A stretch of DNA of 64,000 nt, taken from positions 107,341 through 171,340 of the IMG/VR virus record IMGVR_UViG_3300023048_000002; one strand, 5' to 3'. Of the stretch, positions 33,412 to 44,484 are shown in pieces; within the stretch, counting starts at the first letter, position 1; each line of letters opens with the position of its first letter. This DNA is from a virus. Its lineage: Duplodnaviria > Caudoviricetes. The notes beneath the pieces were generated by a model. The model saw nothing but the letters and a program-made list of their open reading frames with translations, made no database searches and was not told the DNA's origin. The position numbers were made by a program, and so were the translations under genes.

Positions 33412-36225
33412 TTAAACCGAGCTTTTAGCTGATCTTTGACTGAAATCTAAATGATCAGCATATGACTTATAAATTGAGCCATTCTGAGCCAGCTTAGCCT
33501 GATCAAGATTAGTCTCAGACTTACCATCACGTTCATTCATTTCTTTATTTGACTTTGCAATTTCTAGTAATAGGTCTTCTACCTTATCAGAGCGGCCAGC
33601 CTGTGCATCAGCCAATAGCTGATTCTGAAGCTGTTGGCTGATGAGATTTGATGGTGATGAAGATGCAGCAGCCGCCACAGATGGAGATGCATCATTTGTT
33701 GGTGCAATCGAATTATACCCAACACTACCACCAGCAAGATCAACACCATACTTATCCTTATAATTTGATCTTAATTCCTCAGCCTTGGAAACTGCCATAC
33801 CTTGTCCAGATGTTCCTTTAACTGTTACTGCAAGCTTCTGTGCAGCAGTAACAGCATTAAGGTCATTCATTCTTGAATTGGTTGCAGTCTGCGACGCATC
33901 ATATTTTTTATTACTGTTCAAGGCATCTTGAGCTGAATCACTACCAAAAAACGCTGCCATTTTAGCTAGGTTTTCACCTATGAAATCACCAGCTTTTGTT
34001 CCTTCAAGTAATGTTTTATTGATTACGGTACCAATACCCCAACCAACAGCACCAGCAGCGGCAACCCATCCTGTGGCAGCTAAAGCACTTCCACCAGCAC
34101 CAGCAGCAATACCACCGGCTGCAACTGAGACACCTTCACCCACTGCTGTACCTGCGGCAGCACTACCCATTGAACCTAATACTCTTCCGCCAGCTTTCTT
34201 AATTAACTCACCTAGAATAAAACCACCAGCAGTCTGTACTACAGCATTAACTGCCGAACCAATAGGGTTTTGAGTAAATCCCTTTACGGCCTGTGTTGCT
34301 TCAATAATAGCTTGAGAAAATCCACTAGGTCCAGTCAGACCATCAACAGCCTTAGATAAAGAATCATCAAAGGTCTTTGTTCCTGTCACATTACCTTGAG
34401 TTTTACCCTGCTGATTAATTTTTCCCCATTCAGTATCAAATTGTTGCCTATTAACACCAATACCCTGTAACTGTGTGTTAATGGCTTCATTATACATAGA
34501 GCTAGTATTACCCTTAGCAGCAGACTGCTGGGCTTTAATTAATCGACCCTGATCACTAGCTGCAATTGATTTAGCAATACTACTATATCGGTTAATATCG
34601 GCGGGATCAGTTAATGTACTGACACCCCCAGCAGAAGATACGCTCTGGAAAAATTTATCATCTTTATCGTTAATTTTAGAATTAGGGTTAGCCTGATTAT
34701 ATTGCTGAACCTGCATTGCTGAACCTATTTGAGTTTTAATCAAATTTTCAAGCCCAGCATAACGTTTATTTACCGCTTCTTGCTGCATCTGTTTTTGCAT
34801 ATCAAGACTGATACCCAATGCAACATTTAGTTTTGTTCTTTCGTAGATTTCTTTATTAATAGCCTTTGATCGTTCGGAATCTGACTTATCAGCATACTTT
34901 TGATTAAGTACTGACAATTCTCCCATATCACCTAGGCTGTCATAGAAGTCTTTTAATGCGCCATCTGTTACACCAATCTGTTCTGAGAATTGGTGCATTA
35001 ATCCCATCTGGACTTTTTGTCCTTGAACATCGCCAGCATTGACGCCAACGCCCTGTGATGTCTTCTGATAAGCCAATGCTGTTTCTAATGCATCCTTACC
35101 ATAAACACCAAACTGATATGCTGTCTTTTGTAGTGAAGCTAATTGAGTATCAAATCCACTATACTCATTACCACCACCCAAACCTCTTAATGCTTGACGA
35201 TTACTGCCAATCAAATCTGATCGCTGAGATTCAGACACCCCCATGAGAAGCGAGCTTCCATAGCCACTTTCAGGGATGTTATTCTTCATACGAGCCATGT
35301 AATCGTTGAATGCCATTGGGATGGCTTCAGTGAATAGTAGCTTACCTGCTTTAATCAAACCGTTCTTAAGTGCAACAACGCCCTTAGTTAGATGTTCACC
35401 ATTTGTCTTTGCATTATCTACAAGGATTTCAGCAATACTGTCATTGGTTTGCTTAAGATGTTCTACACCACCAGTTATCTTATTAATGACTTTTAGATAA
35501 TCTTCATTTGAAGTATTGATATCATTGATATTCTTCAAATACTCAACATCGGCCTCATTAAGGGCGCCAGTAGCTTTATTCAACTCAATAAATGATTCTG
35601 TTATTTCATTGAATTCTTTACTTAGACCTTCTATTGATGTCTTCTGCTCTTCGATAGACTTGTCAAACTCATTAAGAGTTTTTTGTAAGTCGCTTGTTTT
35701 CTTCTTACTATTTCTAGCCTTAATAAGATTCTTTTCAATTGCGGCTCTCTTCAATTCCAAATCTGAGAGTTTAGATGTTGCACTCTTTAAGGTATCGACA
35801 GCATCTTTGTGCTTCTCAATACTTTGTGCAGCCTTAGTAGCACGCTTGTCCAAGTCATCCAAGGTCTTAACAAAATCATCACCAGCTTTCATCATGTCAA
35901 CAATCGACAGGGTTGCCTGACGTTGCTGATCATTTAGCTTGCGGGTGTTCTTCTCTAGAGCATCAAAAACCTTATCAAGTCCCTTTGTGGCTAAGGAAAT
36001 CTTTTTGAACATGTTACCCAATTGCTGGGCAGCATCACCATTATTTTTAATGGCATTTCTAAGAGCATCAGTATTAAGACCAGATTCACCATTTTTGAAA
36101 TTGTCATATCCCGTCTTTTGACTTGAATATCCACTGCTCGCAGCAGAACCACCTAATGACTTGGTTAGAGAATTAAGGGAATCGACTAATTGTTTGACTT
36201 GGTTTGGATCGATAGTACCGGCCAT
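33412..36225 (-). CDS. large helical virion protein, tape-measure-like
   Basis: 937 aa, coiled coils and Ala/Gly-rich hydrophobic segment; ATAAATA at 36250-36256. Confidence 0.5.
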   Translation of the reverse strand: MAGTIDPNQVKQLVDSLNSLTKSLGGSAASSGYSSQKTGYDNFKNGESGLNTDALRNAIKNNGDAAQQLGNMFKKISLATKGLDKVFDALEKNTRKLNDQQRQATLSIVDMMKAGDDFVKTLDDLDKRATKAAQSIEKHKDAVDTLKSATSKLSDLELKRAAIEKNLIKARNSKKKTSDLQKTLNEFDKSIEEQKTSIEGLSKEFNEITESFIELNKATGALNEADVEYLKNINDINTSNEDYLKVINKITGGVEHLKQTNDSIAEILVDNAKTNGEHLTKGVVALKNGLIKAGKLLFTEAIPMAFNDYMARMKNNIPESGYGSSLLMGVSESQRSDLIGSNRQALRGLGGGNEYSGFDTQLASLQKTAYQFGVYGKDALETALAYQKTSQGVGVNAGDVQGQKVQMGLMHQFSEQIGVTDGALKDFYDSLGDMGELSVLNQKYADKSDSERSKAINKEIYERTKLNVALGISLDMQKQMQQEAVNKRYAGLENLIKTQIGSAMQVQQYNQANPNSKINDKDDKFFQSVSSAGGVSTLTDPADINRYSSIAKSIAASDQGRLIKAQQSAAKGNTSSMYNEAINTQLQGIGVNRQQFDTEWGKINQQGKTQGNVTGTKTFDDSLSKAVDGLTGPSGFSQAIIEATQAVKGFTQNPIGSAVNAVVQTAGGFILGELIKKAGGRVLGSMGSAAAGTAVGEGVSVAAGGIAAGAGGSALAATGWVAAAGAVGWGIGTVINKTLLEGTKAGDFIGENLAKMAAFFGSDSAQDALNSNKKYDASQTATNSRMNDLNAVTAAQKLAVTVKGTSGQGMAVSKAEELRSNYKDKYGVDLAGGSVGYNSIAPTNDASPSVAAAASSSPSNLISQQLQNQLLADAQAGRSDKVEDLLLEIAKSNKEMNERDGKSETNLDQAKLAQNGSIYKSYADHLDFSQRSAKSSV

Positions 36226-36339
36226 TTATAAAATCCGAAATATATGGATTATTTATCCATATGAATTTTAAAGAAGACTTGTAATTTTATTCAGGGTTTG
36301 TTAATATACATAAATTAAAACAGGGGTTTATAGCCTACT

Positions 36340-36930
36340 ATGCCAGCCAAGAAAACAACAGAAGCCATCAGCGTTCCAGTTACCGAAGAAATCGTAGCCT
36401 TCAATATTGAAGATTTAGATACTATTTTAGATAATCCGCGAAAGCCAAAAAAGAAAAAGAATTATATTAATAATGCAGACTTACTCAAAGAATTAGAAAT
36501 AAGTAATACCAAGGGTAAGATGACAACTGAATTAACTAAGATGTTAATGATGCTTACTCACCGCTTCGCAATGAAGGGTAGATTTGCCAACTATACGTAC
36601 AATGAAGACATGCAGGCATTTGCATTATTCACAATTGTAAGAGTCTGGCATAAGTTTGATTCAACAAAGAGCAACAACCCATTTGCTTATTTTACTCAAA
36701 CCATTAAGAACGCATTCTTCCAGTATGACAATACCGAGCGTGCACAGAGAGATGTTAAAGATAAGATTCGTATTACACAGGGTGAAGCTCCATCATTCTC
36801 ATTCCTTGATCGTAACGGCCATGATGACTTTGATTCGAATTTATCCAGCAGTGATTCAGTTGAACTGTTGTATAGTTCACCAGATCATTTTGATGATTCA
36901 CAAGGAGTAACACCGGATGAAGAAGCTTAA
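36340..36930 (+). CDS. late transcription sigma factor (T4 gp55-like)
   Basis: KNYINNADLL, FANYTY.EDM, SNNPFAYFTQ...NAF; precedes gp47-gp46. Confidence 0.88.
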   Translation: MPAKKTTEAISVPVTEEIVAFNIEDLDTILDNPRKPKKKKNYINNADLLKELEISNTKGKMTTELTKMLMMLTHRFAMKGRFANYTYNEDMQAFALFTIVRVWHKFDSTKSNNPFAYFTQTIKNAFFQYDNTERAQRDVKDKIRITQGEAPSFSFLDRNGHDDFDSNLSSSDSVELLYSSPDHFDDSQGVTPDEEA

Positions 36931-37966
36931 AAAGTGCGCAATGTTTACGGACATCCATTTCGGACGCCGTAACAACAGTGAACTCCATAATAAAGATTGT
37001 TTTAACTTTGTCACTTGGGTCTGTAGTCTAGTTACAGCAGACCCAAGCATTGACCATGTAGTGTTCTTGGGTGACTGGCATGAGTTGCGTAATGCAGTTA
37101 ATGGTTTAACCCTTGACTACTCATATCGTGCTGCAAGGCTTCTTAACGATCTAGGACTACCAATATTTTTCATTGTTGGAAACCACGATCTTTATTTTAG
37201 AAACAACAGAAATGTCTTTACAACTACACCATTTGAGTCTCTATCTAATTTTAGAATTATTGACAAGATCACTGTAGTAGAAGAGATGGGTGACAAGGGT
37301 GGTGTCGTTTCACCTTTCTTATTTGAACCGGAATTTCCACAGCTATTGCAATACCGTGACTATCCAGTTTTGTTTGGTCATTTTGAATTCAAGGGATTTG
37401 TGATCACCGGTGATACGGTTACTAAGGATCATGGTCCTGATCATACGCTCTTCAAGTCATTTGCTAGAATATTCTCAGGTCATTATCACAAGCGTCAGCT
37501 TCAGGACAACGTTGCATACATTGGTAGTACATTTCCAATGGATTTCAGTGATGCAAATGATTCTGCTCGTGGTGTCGGTATCTTCGATTATAAAACTAAT
37601 AAGTTAACTTTTATCGATTGGGAAGATTGCCCAACATACGTTGTATGTAAGATTTCAGAAGTCCTAGAGAATCCTAAGAAATTCTTGAAAGAAAGATGTA
37701 CGGTGAAGTGTTATGTTGATGTTGATCTTACCCATGAAGAATCCATTGAATTACGTGCTAATTGGATTAAGAAATATAAACTACGCGAGTTGTCATTAGA
37801 TGAAGGCTTCAAGATGGATGAAAACCTAGATGGTGATGATTCTCTTGAAGGTGATTTAGTATTCGATTCAATCGACAACATCATTGAAACAAAACTTAAT
37901 ACAATTTCTGTAGACAAGATAGATGCTAAGGAATTGGTTAAAATTTACAAAGGACTAAAGATTTGA
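36917..37966 (+). CDS. recombination nuclease (gp47/Mre11/SbcD-like)
   Basis: TDIHFG, LGD, GNHD, GHFE, SGHYH. Confidence 0.92.
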   Translation: MKKLKKCAMFTDIHFGRRNNSELHNKDCFNFVTWVCSLVTADPSIDHVVFLGDWHELRNAVNGLTLDYSYRAARLLNDLGLPIFFIVGNHDLYFRNNRNVFTTTPFESLSNFRIIDKITVVEEMGDKGGVVSPFLFEPEFPQLLQYRDYPVLFGHFEFKGFVITGDTVTKDHGPDHTLFKSFARIFSGHYHKRQLQDNVAYIGSTFPMDFSDANDSARGVGIFDYKTNKLTFIDWEDCPTYVVCKISEVLENPKKFLKERCTVKCYVDVDLTHEESIELRANWIKKYKLRELSLDEGFKMDENLDGDDSLEGDLVFDSIDNIIETKLNTISVDKIDAKELVKIYKGLKI

Positions 37967-40224
37967 GTACACCAATTGAATTCTTATACCTAACCATGAG
38001 AAATTTTCTTTCTTATGGTAACAATCGTACAACTCTAAATCTCCGTTTCGATGAGCCAACTCTAGTAGTTGGCCGAAACCTTGATGACATGACTAATGGA
38101 CAAATGGAATCTAATGGGGCAGGTAAGACGACCCTAATTAATGCATTAGCATGGGTGATCTATGACAAGACTGTAACTCCTATCAAGAAAGACAAGCTTG
38201 TCAACTTTGTAAACAAGAAGAATATGGAAGTCATTCTCATATTCAAAAAGAACAATAAGTTTTACAAAATTCACCGCTATAGAAAGAACAGTTCTCTTGG
38301 TGGTGATGGTGTGCGTATCTATGAATCAGATAACATGGATTTTGATACAGCACGAGCCGAAGACCCATCGCGAGCGGATATTTCAGAAGATAGCATTCGC
38401 CTAGGTACCAAGCAGATTGAACGAATCGTTGGTATGCCTTTTGAAATTTTTGTTCGAATTGTCATCTACAGTGGTTCTATGGAATCATTTCTTTCTCTAC
38501 CTGTTACATCTGCAACTGCTGGTGTGGCAAGCCAATCTAAAATCATTGAAGAATTATTTGGCCTGATTGAAATTACAGATAAAGCCAAGGTTCTGAAAGA
38601 TGAGATGAAGGAAGACAAAGATAATCTTGAAAGCCTAAAGAAGATTGGTGAAGAGATTACTAAACAGAGAGTCATGCATCAAACCCAACTAGATTCAGTT
38701 AAGAATAGAATTGATGTTTGGGAAAAGAACAAAGATGAGTTGATTGAAACACTAAAGAATAAAATCAATTCCCTATCTGAAACTGATTTTGAATACCAAG
38801 AAGTCTGCTTCAAGGAAATCAAAAAAGTAGAAGATGATATTTCTGAAGCATCATCCACATTAAAACTGAAGGCATCAGAGTTAAGGAATGCTAATACTAC
38901 AGTTGATGGTAGTAAAACATGGCAGTCAGACAAAGATGCGAAACTTTCAAGCATTTCAGCCAAGTTGGGTAAGTTTGAAGAGAAGGATTTTGACGCTGAA
39001 ATAGAATCAATGACTACTGTTGATAATCTAAAGTCTCAAATAAATGAACTTAAGAATGAAGCAAGAGATTTCAATAAGCTTACCGCAGATGCAGACAGAG
39101 AGATGTCTAAGATTGCTGATGAGCGTGAACACTTAGATGGAAACAAATGTCCATACTGTCTACAGCAAATGGGAATGGATTCAGTTAAGGAAAAGATTGC
39201 CAATCTAGATATTAGGCATGGTGCAGAATACAAGATCAGTGCAACAAACATTAAGAAGTTCAAGGCTCATCAAGAGAGTATTGGAAACCTATCGGTGAAA
39301 GTCGAAGAGCTTGAAGAGATGATTTCATTCAAATCAATCTCTGAATTGAATCGCTATAGATCAGACCTTAATGATTTGAAGAAAGAACTTGAGTTCACAG
39401 AGAAGCAAGAGAATCCGTATACTGATATTGATAGCATTAAGGGAGTTGCTTTAAGCCTTGAGAAGCAGATTGTAAAGCTAGAAGCCAAGCTTGAAAAACT
39501 CAAGAAAAAAAGTACTCTGCTTAATAATGAAATAATCTACAAATCATATGCTGCAATGGTTGATGATAGATCGAAGATTGACAGCTTGAAGAATGATCTT
39601 CTTAAGGAAGAAGCTTCAATCAATCCTCACACCGATACTTTGAATGATCTTAAAAAGTTTGAAATTGATGATAAAAACTCTAAAGAGATTGATGCTCTTG
39701 AAAAGGTTCTGTTTCATAAAACATTCTTACATAAGCTTCTAACAAAACCTGATTCGTTCATCAGAAAGACATTGTTGAACCAGAACCTTCCATTCTTAAA
39801 TAAGCAATTGAAAAGTTATCTAGATATGTTGAATCTTCCACACAAGGTAGAATTCACAGAAAAATTGACAGCAGATATCAGCAAGTTTGGTAATGAATGG
39901 GATTCGGACAACCTCTCGCGAGGCCAGAAGGCAAGAGTCGATATTGCACTGTCCTTCGCCTTCAGAGACGTCCTACAGAAGCGTTACGGTAAGATACCCT
40001 TCTGTGTGTTGGATGAGTGTCTGGACAACGGCCTGAGCCCAACTGGTGCGCAGCATGCAGCTAAGATGATCAAGAAGATTGCTGAGCGTGACAAGATTTC
40101 AATGCTATTAGTAACACATAGAGAAGAGATTACAACGTTCTTTGATCACACGTTAGAGATTGAGTTAGAACGAGGATTCTCCCGAATACTTGACTCTAGA
40201 ATATCAGAAACAACTAGCGCATAA
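37963..40224 (+). CDS. recombination ATPase (gp46/Rad50/SbcC-like)
   Basis: NGAGKT Walker A, CPYC zinc hook, LSRGQ, LDE Walker B; TTG start. Confidence 0.92.
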   Translation: MSTPIEFLYLTMRNFLSYGNNRTTLNLRFDEPTLVVGRNLDDMTNGQMESNGAGKTTLINALAWVIYDKTVTPIKKDKLVNFVNKKNMEVILIFKKNNKFYKIHRYRKNSSLGGDGVRIYESDNMDFDTARAEDPSRADISEDSIRLGTKQIERIVGMPFEIFVRIVIYSGSMESFLSLPVTSATAGVASQSKIIEELFGLIEITDKAKVLKDEMKEDKDNLESLKKIGEEITKQRVMHQTQLDSVKNRIDVWEKNKDELIETLKNKINSLSETDFEYQEVCFKEIKKVEDDISEASSTLKLKASELRNANTTVDGSKTWQSDKDAKLSSISAKLGKFEEKDFDAEIESMTTVDNLKSQINELKNEARDFNKLTADADREMSKIADEREHLDGNKCPYCLQQMGMDSVKEKIANLDIRHGAEYKISATNIKKFKAHQESIGNLSVKVEELEEMISFKSISELNRYRSDLNDLKKELEFTEKQENPYTDIDSIKGVALSLEKQIVKLEAKLEKLKKKSTLLNNEIIYKSYAAMVDDRSKIDSLKNDLLKEEASINPHTDTLNDLKKFEIDDKNSKEIDALEKVLFHKTFLHKLLTKPDSFIRKTLLNQNLPFLNKQLKSYLDMLNLPHKVEFTEKLTADISKFGNEWDSDNLSRGQKARVDIALSFAFRDVLQKRYGKIPFCVLDECLDNGLSPTGAQHAAKMIKKIAERDKISMLLVTHREEITTFFDHTLEIELERGFSRILDSRISETTSA

Positions 40225-40226
40225 AG

Positions 40227-40254
40227 AAAAAGCCCGCTTTCGCGGGCTTTTTTA
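40227..40254. terminator. bidirectional terminator
   Basis: AAAAAGCCCGC-TTTC-GCGGGCTTTTT. Confidence 0.85.
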
Positions 40255-41859
40255 TTACTTGATGATTGAGTCTTTAAACCACTTCGGTGTCTGTCTGTCC
40301 ATGAACTTCAATAGACCTGCAAATGATTCATCCAAAATGTAGGTATAACCCCAATCATCCTTTGCACGGACTACACGGCCAGAACCCTGAATAATACCGA
40401 TCATTGCCTGACGCATGTACCACTCCTTTGAAAGCTCTTGTCTACGTTTGACCCATGCATCTCCCAAATATGGATACGGGACTTTAACGATGATGGAGAA
40501 ACGTCCTCTGTCATGTTTAAGATCGAGACCTTCGGTAATACTTGGGCTAATTAAGATAGATGGAATTTCATTGTTATTTGAAGTAAATTTTTCAATCACT
40601 TCATCACGAGAAGATTCCGCTTCTGGATTATGGTGCATTATTCGCTGTTCAATCTTACCGTCAAGCTGTTCGATCAACCAGTTTGCTACTTGGAAACTAG
40701 CAGTGTGGATAATTCCAGACTGACCTTCATGCTGTTTACAGATTTCAATGATACCGTCAATCATACGCCTACGGTCACCTTTCTTGTCGTCTCCATCCCA
40801 CCCATAAGTCATCTTGGATTTTGGCGTATATAGAACTGGACGATTTTCTAGCTCAAATTCAGAATCGACAGAAAGGAAGGCGGTTTCACTGGCCGGAATC
40901 CCCATATCACGGCAAAATGCATCTTTATCTAGAATGGTGGATGACATGAACAAGAACCTATCGGCCATTGGCTTCATGTAGGTGTTGAACATATCTTTAC
41001 CATAAAGTGGCTTGAATTTAAAATATGTCTTGTCTTTGATGAGTGCAAATTTATCAATCAATTTACTTCTATCTTCGCCAAGGTACTCACCAAGAATAGT
41101 GATATGTTCCTTGATATCTTTTAGCTTGTTGATAATCTCTGCATCTGATTTGCTCATCGTTTCGTCATTTTCGTATTTGGACATAATTTCATCCGCTACT
41201 GACTTGACAAGGCGATACTCACTCTCAACCGCTGGTAGGTATGTCTCTTCGATCCAATCCAATGCATCATCTTCATTACGCGGATAATGAAATTTTACCT
41301 TAAACTGACGGCAGCGCTTTTCACCAATCTGTAAAGCACGGAACTCAGTTAGGTGATGCTCCAATGTATGACATTCATCTAGAATCATGAGCTTTCTTTT
41401 CTTGATTCCGATGGTCTCTGACAACATGAAATATAGGAGAGCTAAGGTGTAATTCATTACCACATTAGGTGATGAACGAACTGCATCCATGGCGTCTCTA
41501 TGTGGGCACTTAACACATTTAGGTTTAATGTCGCTTCCGATGTCGCAATTGGTGTCTTTCGATTCACATCTGTAATTTGATTTGCCATAGATGGAAAAGA
41601 GACGTGCCCTTTCAAATGAATCCTGATACTGCTTCTGAAGAATTTTCTGAGGTGTTAGAATAAATGAACTACCCATAGATTCAGCAAGATATGCGCTATA
41701 ATTCAAACCAATAGGTGATTTACCACCACCTACGGGAACTTCACATAGAATGTATTTAATATTTGGTGGAAGGTTTTCTACCCACTGAAGTACCTTTTCC
41801 TGTGATGCACGAGGTTTTGAATTTGGCATAGGCCAAAAATTTAGAATGGATGTTGTCAT
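40255..41859 (-). CDS. DinG/Rad3-like SF2 helicase
   Basis: PVGGGKS, DECH, SST, EGLD, KVPYP, QGSGRVVR...D. Confidence 0.9.
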   Translation of the reverse strand: MTTSILNFWPMPNSKPRASQEKVLQWVENLPPNIKYILCEVPVGGGKSPIGLNYSAYLAESMGSSFILTPQKILQKQYQDSFERARLFSIYGKSNYRCESKDTNCDIGSDIKPKCVKCPHRDAMDAVRSSPNVVMNYTLALLYFMLSETIGIKKRKLMILDECHTLEHHLTEFRALQIGEKRCRQFKVKFHYPRNEDDALDWIEETYLPAVESEYRLVKSVADEIMSKYENDETMSKSDAEIINKLKDIKEHITILGEYLGEDRSKLIDKFALIKDKTYFKFKPLYGKDMFNTYMKPMADRFLFMSSTILDKDAFCRDMGIPASETAFLSVDSEFELENRPVLYTPKSKMTYGWDGDDKKGDRRRMIDGIIEICKQHEGQSGIIHTASFQVANWLIEQLDGKIEQRIMHHNPEAESSRDEVIEKFTSNNNEIPSILISPSITEGLDLKHDRGRFSIIVKVPYPYLGDAWVKRRQELSKEWYMRQAMIGIIQGSGRVVRAKDDWGYTYILDESFAGLLKFMDRQTPKWFKDSIIK

Positions 41860-42024
41860 TTACACTATTGCCTGATATTAGAAGTGACAAGTCTAGCATA
41901 GGATACATGATGAAACAACCAAGAACATATGCGCTAATAAGATACACAAACGAAAATGAACTGAGGTACGAAGTGAATTTTCTCTCGCGTAGCGGGACAA
42001 CGAATTTCGTTAGTAAATGCAATA

Positions 42025-42095
42025 TATTAGGCACTTATTAGGCACTTATTAGGCACTTATTAGGCATATATTAAGTAATATATTACTTAATATAT
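42025..42095. repeat. 11-bp tandem repeat (x3.8) plus 30-bp perfect palindrome
   Basis: TATTAGGCACT repeats at 42025-42066; ATATATTAAGTAATA/TATTACTTAATATAT at 42066-42095. Confidence 0.85.
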
Positions 42096-42099
42096 TAGA

Positions 42100-42630
42100 A
42101 TGTGTTATTAAGGCAATTCTAAAGACATGCGCTTTGCTTATGTCTTTAGCATCTGATGCTTTATTATGTATTGGGATATATTAATAAATTTCCTACCCTA
42201 CCCCCGTTTATTACATTAAGAACAAATACATTCTTAATCGGGTAAACTAGTTCAACTACCAAACCCAACACATTCATCCCATAGCGTCATTAGGATCGAT
42301 AATACATACGATTGCTTACATATTATACGGCTGTCTCAACTTATTCTATCCAAGAACAAGCATCCACTTCCATCACCTTAAGAGGGTGATAGTGTTTTTA
42401 GTGAGTCAAATAATTATAGAAAAGTCCAAATCTCGGTAAACTATATCTCTATACTATTCTCACATAGACCGTTCGGGTATACAGAACATAGTTCGCTCTT
42501 ACTTACTATGTTCCAGCCCTCCGTCCTTCGGTATTGCACCTACTAGATCAGCCTATTCAAGATTTCTAATTTTTATCACATCCTGTGAATTGCAACCATT
42601 AATGAGTCATTCATCAATGGATAGCTTTTT
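42100..42630 (-). ncRNA. candidate large structured non-coding RNA
   Basis: No ORF of 60 aa or more; several long hairpins; TTGACA at 42649-42654 upstream. Confidence 0.35.
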
Positions 42631-42665
42631 ATCATTAAAAATAGAGATTGTCAAGATTTAAAATA

Positions 42666-43766
42666 TTATCTGGTCAAGAAGTCTTTGAAAGAACTCTTAC
42701 GACCCTTTAGAATTTCGCCTCGACGGCGTAAACGGTCTTCACCTGTTAGTCTTGAGTTCAATGGACCCTGTTCATCACGGTCTGGATTACCACTTTTAAT
42801 GAAATTGGCTACCACCTTACCAAAATCAGTTAGTTCTGGTCTTTCGTTACCTGAGTTGGTTACGACACCATCTTGAGCCATTTGGTCAAAGTTAGCTTTG
42901 CATCTTACACCACTACCACCAGCAAGCGCAACGATCCATGCCTTGTCGCACTTACTTTCCAAACCATTAATGTATTCTTGTGCACGGATAGCCGCTTCAG
43001 ATGAGCGTGGTGAATTTTTATCCACTGACCTATCCAACTGGTTCTGTACCAAGGCCTTATCGGCAGTCATACGATCAAGACGGCTAGAGATGTTTCTGTT
43101 GAATGAACGAAGATGGCGGTAGTCAAACTTCGCTAGAGTATCAAAGAATTTAGTTAGCAGTTTATCATTTACCAAATTCTGCGAGTTGATGAAACCAACG
43201 TCACGCAAAGTGGCATAAGATTCTGGATCACTATCCTGTAGGCCATCGACACGATTGGTGTACTTCTTCTTGGAATCCTTTGAATTCTTCAAACCCTTAA
43301 GAAGAGCATACTCCTTAAGAGTCAAACGAGAATAGATATCAATGATGTGCTGTTCATCTGGTGGAAGTGACTGGTACCATTCCTGATCCGCTTCACCCTT
43401 AGCCTGCTGAACAGTACCGCGAAGCTCCTTAAAGGATGCATTATTAATGGAATCCCATTCATGAAGGCTCTTAGCTACGTCCTGAACGAACTTGCTGCCT
43501 CTTGGAGTAACATTATACTTGCCATTTTCTTGCTTGATCAAACCATGCTTAAGTGCAATGTCTTTTAGGATCATTGTATTTTGAAGGGTCTGACGGATAT
43601 CAGGGTTTAGTTCATCACCTCTGTTCTTCAAGTTAGATTCCATACGAGGGAAGTCATGGGCTTTCTTGAATGCACCAGCTATCCAACCTACTGTTGGACG
43701 CTTAGTTGAACCATTTTTTTCGATTGCATCTGCAATCTCTTGATATACCTGTTGGGAAGTAGCCAT
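42666..43766 (-). CDS. late hypothetical protein
   Basis: 366 aa, ATAAATA at 43789-43795; wHTH-like wing motifs. Confidence 0.7.
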   Translation of the reverse strand: MATSQQVYQEIADAIEKNGSTKRPTVGWIAGAFKKAHDFPRMESNLKNRGDELNPDIRQTLQNTMILKDIALKHGLIKQENGKYNVTPRGSKFVQDVAKSLHEWDSINNASFKELRGTVQQAKGEADQEWYQSLPPDEQHIIDIYSRLTLKEYALLKGLKNSKDSKKKYTNRVDGLQDSDPESYATLRDVGFINSQNLVNDKLLTKFFDTLAKFDYRHLRSFNRNISSRLDRMTADKALVQNQLDRSVDKNSPRSSEAAIRAQEYINGLESKCDKAWIVALAGGSGVRCKANFDQMAQDGVVTNSGNERPELTDFGKVVANFIKSGNPDRDEQGPLNSRLTGEDRLRRRGEILKGRKSSFKDFLTR

Positions 43767-43778
43767 ACTATAAGCCTA

Positions 43779-44483
43779 TTATTGAGAATATTTATCTTTT
43801 TTAATTACTTCATAGAGAATCTTGGCATCATTCATATCTTCAATTGGTTTTGGTACCGTTCTCATCTTGAGAATGATATCCTGATATTCACGAAGAAGAT
43901 CAACATATGGACACTGGATTGACTTGTGTTCAGTCAGTACTCGGTACATTTCTGGTTTCTTGAAACTACCACCAGCAACACCATCACCATTTCGATATTC
44001 GTATTTCTTTACCTTGACGCCCTTGACGATAGGGTCATATGTTATCTTAGCTGCTTCTAATTTCAACTCCGCAGGAGCATAAACTTTTATATTAGAAGAA
44101 ATCTTATCAAATAGTTTCTTTCTAAGAAGAGTGCTGAAGGTTACAAGGTCAATCAATGGGCCAGCAGTTGATGAATAACTATACCCTTCAATACCAATGT
44201 AGGTGTCCTCACCATCATTGATATTTGCCTTGATTGTTTCTACAATATGGTCCGTCAAAGAATCATACCCAATCAATTTAAGGATTTCTTGTTCGGTATG
44301 GACAGCACTCTTAATATAGTTAACCCAACTATAAGTGATGTATGGATCACAGATTTCAAACCATTTGGTTAGATTTCCTGACTTTTCAGACACTCCATAT
44401 TCTTCTTTAGCGAATATGAATTTTTTATCATTGACAACTAAGGCAGTACAGGTTAAGGATGGGTCTAAGGCAATTATATTCAT
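43779..44483 (-). CDS. RuvC-like (RNase H fold) nuclease
   Basis: IIALDPSLTCTA, IEGYSY, EDMNDA acidic motifs. Confidence 0.7.
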   Translation of the reverse strand: MNIIALDPSLTCTALVVNDKKFIFAKEEYGVSEKSGNLTKWFEICDPYITYSWVNYIKSAVHTEQEILKLIGYDSLTDHIVETIKANINDGEDTYIGIEGYSYSSTAGPLIDLVTFSTLLRKKLFDKISSNIKVYAPAELKLEAAKITYDPIVKGVKVKKYEYRNGDGVAGGSFKKPEMYRVLTEHKSIQCPYVDLLREYQDIILKMRTVPKPIEDMNDAKILYEVIKKDKYSQ

Positions 44484-44484
44484 A

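Noticed and set aside
41756-42041. Short ORFs upstream of the helicase
   Set aside because: No RBS or recognisable motif; they overlap the helicase start and the repeat region.
42025-42066. Possible CRISPR array
   Set aside because: Contiguous 11-bp units without spacers; no cas genes in the window.
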